From: Candidatus Eiseniibacteriota bacterium
GTDB taxonomy: Bacteria; Eisenbacteria; RBG-16-71-46; CAIMUX01; VGJL01
Direction of reading: 5' to 3'
Assembly: GCA_041946735.1 (NCBI GenBank)
Contig: JBHGAY010000008.1
Span: 99,891-163,890, forward strand
Length of the DNA: 64,000 nucleotides
Below the pieces are notes generated by a model that was not told the DNA's origin, did no database searches, and saw only the letters and a program-made list of their open reading frames with translations. Every line of letters begins with the position of its first letter. Within the stretch, counting starts at the first letter, position 1. The position numbers and the translations under genes were made by a program. Shown piece after piece: positions 58,825 to 64,000 of the stretch.

Positions 58825-60990
58825 TCACTTGAGGAGCAGGAACTGCCCGCTCACGCGCTTCGCGCCGGTCTCCAGCTCGTAGAAGTAGACGCCGGGCGGC
58901 TGTTCCTTTCCCGCTCCGTCCTTGCCGTCCCAGCGGATCGTGTAGGCGCCCGGCGGAAGAGTGGTGTCGAGGATGCGCCGCATCTCGCGCCCGCGCACGT
59001 CGCGCACGATCAGCCGCGTCGGCGAGTCGTCCTCGAGCAGGAACGAGACGCTCTGCAGCGTGGAGTATCCGAGGTCCCGCGGAGGGCCGACGAAGTCGGG
59101 CGAAGGTGGGGCCATCGGGGACGGGGATGATGGTCCGGGCGCCGCACTGGCCCCCGGAGAGGCCAGAGCCAGCCCGCGGCGGCCGGGCCGGTAGAGGCCG
59201 GTGTTCGATTCGTCGAAGCCGGGGCGTGGCCACGGAGCGGAGGCGTCGCCGCCGGAGGACGGCAGGTGCCAGGCGAAAACCCTGCCTTCCAGTTCGGTCG
59301 GCAGCACCAGCTCGACGTGACCGTCCGCGTCGAGATCGGCGACCGACGGCCCTCCGGCGACCACCTCGTATCCATCGAGGCGCAGGGGGAACGGAGGGAT
59401 CATCACGCCCCGGCGGTCCAATGCCACGACGGCCGCCGCAGGGTCGAAGCGGGTGCGAAGCGAGGATACGAGGATGTCCGCCGCGCGATCCCCGTTGACG
59501 TCAGCCAGGATCGGCGAGGCATTGAAAGACATTTCAGCGAGCCCGACCGGGAATCCGGCCAGCTGCTTTCCATGACGGTCCCACGCGAGCACCCACGCGC
59601 TGCTGCCGATCGTCGCCGCCACCAGCTCCGGCTGTCCGTCGCCGTCGAGGTCGCCGACGGCGACGCCCGAGTTGCAGGCCTCGGGCAGATCGACGGGCCA
59701 GCCGGCAAGATCCTGCCCTTTGCGATCGAGCACGTAGAGGCGTGATGGGCCGGAGAATCCGCGGTCGGTCGCGAGGATCACTTCCGGCAGACGGTCCGAA
59801 TCGAGATCGGCGAGGACGGGGTCCGCGTACCCTGCGCGCCCTCGGTTCTCGAACAGGCGAGGCCACCCGCGAAGAGGGCGTCCGTGCAGATCCCATGCGT
59901 GCGCGCGATAGTTGTTCGCGCCCGCCACGATCTCCAGGCGCGAGTCGCCGTCGAGGTCGCCGATGGCGGGGCGCGAGAAGATCGTGCCCGCGTTGGGCGG
60001 GTCGTCGCCGGCGGCCGTGCTGACGGGCCATCCCGCAGCGGCCTGGCCGTCGGAGAGCAGGACGCAGACGCGCCCTGCGGCTTGGGTGACGATGACTTCC
60101 GTCCAGCCGTCCCCATCGAGATCGGCGGCCGTGACCGCCCCGGAGATCGCAGGGAGGGCGGTCGTCCCCGGAACGCGGGCCGGCCATCCCTCGAGCGAAG
60201 TTCCGTCGCGGCGCAGGGCATGCACCTTCCCCTCGACGTCTCCCGCGAGGACCTCCGGGTAGCCGTCGCGATCGAGGTCGGCGGCGCCAAGCGCGGCATC
60301 GCATGCGGCGCCGAGAGGGACCGGCCATCCTGCGAGGACGAGCGCGTCGGGCCCGAGCGCCCAGAGCCAGCCATCGGGAGTCGCGAAGAGGACTTCGGCG
60401 ATGCAGTCGCCGTCGAGGTCGACGAGCAGGGGAGTTCTCTCGACCGCTCCACCGGGATGGAACGGCCAACCCCGGACCGGCGGGAGACTCGGAGCGTCGC
60501 CGGCCATCTTTCGGATCTGCTCCGGCAGCTGAAGCCCGAGAGGGATCCCTTCGCCGTGGGTCTTCCGCTCGAACCTTCCGATCACCTGGCCCGTCTTCGC
60601 GCGGATCAGATGGAGGCTGCCGCCCTGCTCGACCACCACGTAGTTCTCCCGCGACGTGCTCGGATCCCAGAAGACGGGGTCCGGGAGCGGGATCGTCATC
60701 GGCACGATCGTGGGCGTCGCCGCGGACGCCACGTCTCCCGGGGAACCGGGGGAAGGGGACGACCCGGCCGTCTGCCCGATCGAAACCGCGAGCGCCGGTG
60801 GCGGCGCCAGCGGCGGCGCCAGCGCCAGCGCCAGCAGCGGCAGCCACAGCCAGAGCGCCACCGGCCGCGGTCTCGGTCTCGCTCTCGGAATCGGTAGCGG
60901 AAGAGACGTCGCAAGCAACACGGACGCGAGGACGATCGAAAGAGCCGCTCTCCGGCGCCGCGAAGGGAATACTCGAGCCAAGGAGGGCAT
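58825..60990 (-). CDS. Secreted FG-GAP/VCBS-repeat protein with C-terminal FlgD Ig-like domain
   Basis: Repeated 'GWP...DLDGDG..E' units; tail 'WDGKD...PGVYFYEL'; start uncertain. Confidence 0.82.
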   Translation of the reverse strand: MPSLARVFPSRRRRAALSIVLASVLLATSLPLPIPRARPRPRPVALWLWLPLLALALAPPLAPPPALAVSIGQTAGSSPSPGSPGDVASAATPTIVPMTIPLPDPVFWDPSTSRENYVVVEQGGSLHLIRAKTGQVIGRFERKTHGEGIPLGLQLPEQIRKMAGDAPSLPPVRGWPFHPGGAVERTPLLVDLDGDCIAEVLFATPDGWLWALGPDALVLAGWPVPLGAACDAALGAADLDRDGYPEVLAGDVEGKVHALRRDGTSLEGWPARVPGTTALPAISGAVTAADLDGDGWTEVIVTQAAGRVCVLLSDGQAAAGWPVSTAAGDDPPNAGTIFSRPAIGDLDGDSRLEIVAGANNYRAHAWDLHGRPLRGWPRLFENRGRAGYADPVLADLDSDRLPEVILATDRGFSGPSRLYVLDRKGQDLAGWPVDLPEACNSGVAVGDLDGDGQPELVAATIGSSAWVLAWDRHGKQLAGFPVGLAEMSFNASPILADVNGDRAADILVSSLRTRFDPAAAVVALDRRGVMIPPFPLRLDGYEVVAGGPSVADLDADGHVELVLPTELEGRVFAWHLPSSGGDASAPWPRPGFDESNTGLYRPGRRGLALASPGASAAPGPSSPSPMAPPSPDFVGPPRDLGYSTLQSVSFLLEDDSPTRLIVRDVRGREMRRILDTTLPPGAYTIRWDGKDGAGKEQPPGVYFYELETGAKRVSGQFLLLK

Positions 60991-61110
60991 GGGGCGGGCG
61001 AGGCGTTCGCCCAGGGCGAGCGCTGCGCGGTTCCGACTCCCTCTCCGGTCGGCGCGAGCGGCGGGTTGCATCCTTGACATTCTCCGGAGCGAGGGATCGA
61101 ATTGCAAACG

Positions 61111-62226
61111 ATGCAACGCCGGCAGCGATCGGTTCGCCACTTGACCCTCTTCCTGGGAACGGCCGCCGTTCCTTCGTTGCTGCTTCTGTCGCTTCTCCTA
61201 CTCGCCTGCTCCGACGATTCCGGACCCGCAAAGCCGGGCGAGGTCGACAAGGCGATCTACGGGGAGCTGATCACGCCGGTGTATTCCTACGAGCGCGATC
61301 CGGTCCTTTCCGACGCCTACCAGGCGCTGAAGGTCGATGGGAATCAGGTCGCGCACTTCGCCATCTCGTGGTCGCAGGTCGAACCGAGCGACGAGCCGGC
61401 GGAAAGGGACTGGAGCTCCTTCGACATCCACGTCCGGCAAGCCCGGGAGAAGGATGTCGCTCTGTCGATGGTGCTGCAGATCGTGCAGGGCGATTCCGTC
61501 GACGTTCCGGCCTGGATCGGCTTCTCCGGCTTCGGCGACGCGACGTTGCGCGCGCAACTCGCCCAGTTCTTCCGCCAGGCGGGACTGCGCGCCTACGGCC
61601 GGCTGGACTGGGTCTGGCTCGGCGAAGGCTTCGATCGCTATCTCTCCGCTCATCCGGAAGAGGAAGAGGCGGTGAGCCGGTTCCTGGGCGCCATGACCGA
61701 TTCGCTCCATAGGTCGGTCCCGGACGTGACAGTTGGCATCGCGATTTCTCCCGCCTCCCTCGAGAAGAGCGGGAAGCAGGCGTGGGCCCGCGCGGTCCGC
61801 GACTCGCTCGATCTCGTCGGGCTCTCGGTCTTCCCGGCCCTCGCCGGTGGCTCGCTCGCCGGGCCGGACGCGGCGTTCGCCGCCCTCGCGCAGACCGCTC
61901 AGGACTGGGGCGACCGGCCCTTCGCGATCCTCGATTCCGGCTACCCGTCGTCGGGCGACGTGGGATCGTCGGAGCAGGCGCAAGCGGCCTTCGCGACACG
62001 CGTGGCGGGCTGGCTCGGCGAGCGGCCGTCTACCCTCGTGCTGTTCAACTGGTCTCCCCTTCACGATCCGTTGCCGGAGCTTGCCGCCTCGATCGCGGAC
62101 GGTCGTTTCCCGGACGATCCGGATCTGCGGGCGGACTTTCTTGCCGTGTTCTCCTCTTCCGCGCTCCGGAGGATCGACGGATCGAGGAAGGTCGGCAGGG
62201 AGCCGTTCGTACAGGATCGCCCGTGA
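61111..62226 (+). CDS. Lipoprotein with probable glycoside-hydrolase-like TIM barrel
   Basis: Lipobox LLAC; 'SWSQVEP....DWS.FD', 'D.VGLS.FP', 'I.DSGYPS', 'EQAQA.F'. Confidence 0.65.
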   Translation: MQRRQRSVRHLTLFLGTAAVPSLLLLSLLLLACSDDSGPAKPGEVDKAIYGELITPVYSYERDPVLSDAYQALKVDGNQVAHFAISWSQVEPSDEPAERDWSSFDIHVRQAREKDVALSMVLQIVQGDSVDVPAWIGFSGFGDATLRAQLAQFFRQAGLRAYGRLDWVWLGEGFDRYLSAHPEEEEAVSRFLGAMTDSLHRSVPDVTVGIAISPASLEKSGKQAWARAVRDSLDLVGLSVFPALAGGSLAGPDAAFAALAQTAQDWGDRPFAILDSGYPSSGDVGSSEQAQAAFATRVAGWLGERPSTLVLFNWSPLHDPLPELAASIADGRFPDDPDLRADFLAVFSSSALRRIDGSRKVGREPFVQDRP

Positions 62227-62320
62227 GGGAGAGGGACGGAAAGGGACAGGCGGAGGCGGCCGGCGCGACGCGCACCAGCCTCGCGGGAGCCGCCCGGTGA
62301 CGACCCCTCGCGACGAGCGG

Positions 62321-62968
62321 ATGGAGACAGCCGGCCTCCCGGCCGGAGCGCGAAGCTGGGAGGAACAGTTCCGCACTCACGAGCCGGGCTGGTTCTTCGG
62401 CCCCGAGCCGAGCACCGTCGCCCGGCGCCTCGTACACTTCTTCCGGCAGATGGAGATTCCCTGCTCGGGGCGGCTTCTCGATCTCGGATGCGGCGAGGGA
62501 CGAGACACGGTCTTCCTCGCGAAGCAGGGCTTCTCGGTCGAAGGGGTGGACGCCTCCCCGACGGCGGTCGAGCGCACCATCACGGCGATCCGGGCGGCGG
62601 AGGTGCAGGCGGAGGTGCTCCACGCCGACGCGGCGCATCTGCCTTGGCAGGGCCAGTACGACGTGGTCCTGGCCAATCAGGTGCTCCCGTTCCTCGGGGA
62701 GGACGCGCTTCGCGTGCTCGAGGAGATCCGGCAGCACACGCGTCCGGGCGGGTGGAATGCGATCGGAATGTTCACTCGCGAAGAGGTCGATTGGCGGCGG
62801 CAGCCCGAGCTGTTCTGCCTGGAGCCCCGGGAACTGCGCTTCCACTACCGGGACTGGACGCTCCTCGAATCCTCGGAGTCGACCGTCTGGAGCCCGCGCC
62901 GGGCCGGCTACCTCTCGCTCGCGGTCGTGATCGCCCGGCACCCGACCGGGAGGGCGGCCGCCGGCTGA
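62321..62968 (+). CDS. Class I SAM-dependent methyltransferase (TehB-like)
   Basis: 'LLDLGCGEGRD', 'GVDAS', 'RPGG'. Confidence 0.88.
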   Translation: METAGLPAGARSWEEQFRTHEPGWFFGPEPSTVARRLVHFFRQMEIPCSGRLLDLGCGEGRDTVFLAKQGFSVEGVDASPTAVERTITAIRAAEVQAEVLHADAAHLPWQGQYDVVLANQVLPFLGEDALRVLEEIRQHTRPGGWNAIGMFTREEVDWRRQPELFCLEPRELRFHYRDWTLLESSESTVWSPRRAGYLSLAVVIARHPTGRAAAG

Positions 62969-63031
62969 GAGCCGGCCTCGCGGCCGGGGATTTGCGCTCG
63001 GCGGACTCACGGGCCGGGCGTGCTGCCCGGT

Positions 63032-63799
63032 TCAATCGAGCGTGAATCGCAGCGGCACCTCCACCCAGACCGCCACGGGGCGGTGCTGCTGGAGCGCCGG
63101 CCGGAAGACGGCGCGTCGCACCGCATCGACTGCGGCATCCTCGAGCATTTCGGACCCCTCGACCACGATCGCCTCGTGCACCTGCCCATCCTCGGCGACC
63201 AGAGCGCGGACGAGGACGAGCCCCTCGATCCCGGCGCTGCGCGCGATATCGGGATAGACCGGGGCAGGCAGAGAGATGAGCACCGGCCTCTCCTCCACCG
63301 CGTGGAAGTCGTCGGGGGGAGGAGAAGGGCCACGCCTCGCATCCGGAAGCTGGACGACGAGGCTGTCCCCCAGGCCGCCTGTCCCGTATCCCGGATCGAG
63401 AGACGGCACCAGATTCCCGGACTGGTCGCCGGGCATGATCGTCCGGACGATGGCCTCCCAGTCCTTCACCGGGTCCGGGACGCCCAGGCCTGCGCGGAAC
63501 TCCGGAGAGTCCCTGATCAGCGTCTCGTCCTGGATGTCGATGGGGCGGATCGGAGGCGGAGGCGGGAGCCCCGGGACTATGACGATGCGGACCGTCCGGG
63601 GCGAGGCGGCCTCCTCGCGCAGCGCATAGGCGAACAGCGCGAACAGGACCAGATGCGAGAGCGCCGCCGTGAGCAGCGCCGTGTACAGGAGCGACCGGTA
63701 CGCCCGGCGGAGGGGATGCTCGCTGCCGATCACCGGAAGATCGAGCGAGATCGAAGGAGCGAACGCCGGGTCAGTGGAGGCCGTGCCGTTTCGTTTCAT
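63032..63799 (-). CDS. tonB: Energy transducer TonB
   Basis: Single TM helix, Pro-rich linker, 'PVYP..AR..GIEG.V.V', 'F.PA...PV'. Confidence 0.85.
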   Translation of the reverse strand: MKRNGTASTDPAFAPSISLDLPVIGSEHPLRRAYRSLLYTALLTAALSHLVLFALFAYALREEAASPRTVRIVIVPGLPPPPPIRPIDIQDETLIRDSPEFRAGLGVPDPVKDWEAIVRTIMPGDQSGNLVPSLDPGYGTGGLGDSLVVQLPDARRGPSPPPDDFHAVEERPVLISLPAPVYPDIARSAGIEGLVLVRALVAEDGQVHEAIVVEGSEMLEDAAVDAVRRAVFRPALQQHRPVAVWVEVPLRFTLD

Positions 63800-63950
63800 G
63801 GGGCACCTCCAGGATCCCTGCGGGATCCGATTCGTCCATGAGGACGGACGAAAGGGGTCCGCGCGCAACATGGAGAAAGCCGGCCGCAAGGCTAGAATCG
63901 TGTATGCGAAGCGACACGGTGTCGCGTCCCATGCGGAAGAGAGAGCGCGC

Positions 63951-64000
<50 letters not shown>

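Noticed and set aside
47..63841. Numerous long Arg/Pro/Ala-rich alternative-frame and antisense ORFs (e.g. 1187-3220, 11650-12813, 46928-49732, 50333-52162)
   Set aside because: Expected shadow ORFs in high-GC DNA; they overlap motif-supported genes and have no recognisable motifs

Overview
GC-rich bacterial window with about 50 protein genes and no rRNA, tRNA, CRISPR array or transposase that I can support. The gene content points to a diderm FCB-related lineage (Ca. Eisenbacteria/Krumholzibacteriota/Latescibacterota-like); this is inferred from the FlgD/T9SS-CTD-like and 'TWGxxKxxYR' C-termini. Main blocks: secreted beta-propeller proteins; lemA + DUF2207; a peroxiredoxin missed by the ORF track whose peroxidatic codon is an in-frame TGA followed by a SECIS-like hairpin (probable selenoprotein); a small Wzz/Wzy/GT4/Wza polysaccharide cluster; a sigma54-driven tetraheme cytochrome/NrfC-like/NrfD(DsrP)-like operon divergent from a diheme-sensor kinase and NtrC-type regulator; a heptaheme cytochrome with a secretion-type C-terminal domain; an operon of DRTGG proteins, Ser/Thr kinase and a degenerate [FeFe]-hydrogenase-like sensor preceding a HydC/HydB-like pair and a GltD/NuoG-like fusion; a peptidase-propeller-Omp85 protein; a PQQ sugar dehydrogenase; two tandem paralogous secreted proteins; glnA; a UbiA-family gene; tonB; and a terminal (GA)n tract. 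Function calls come from motif recognition by eye; no database searches were run.
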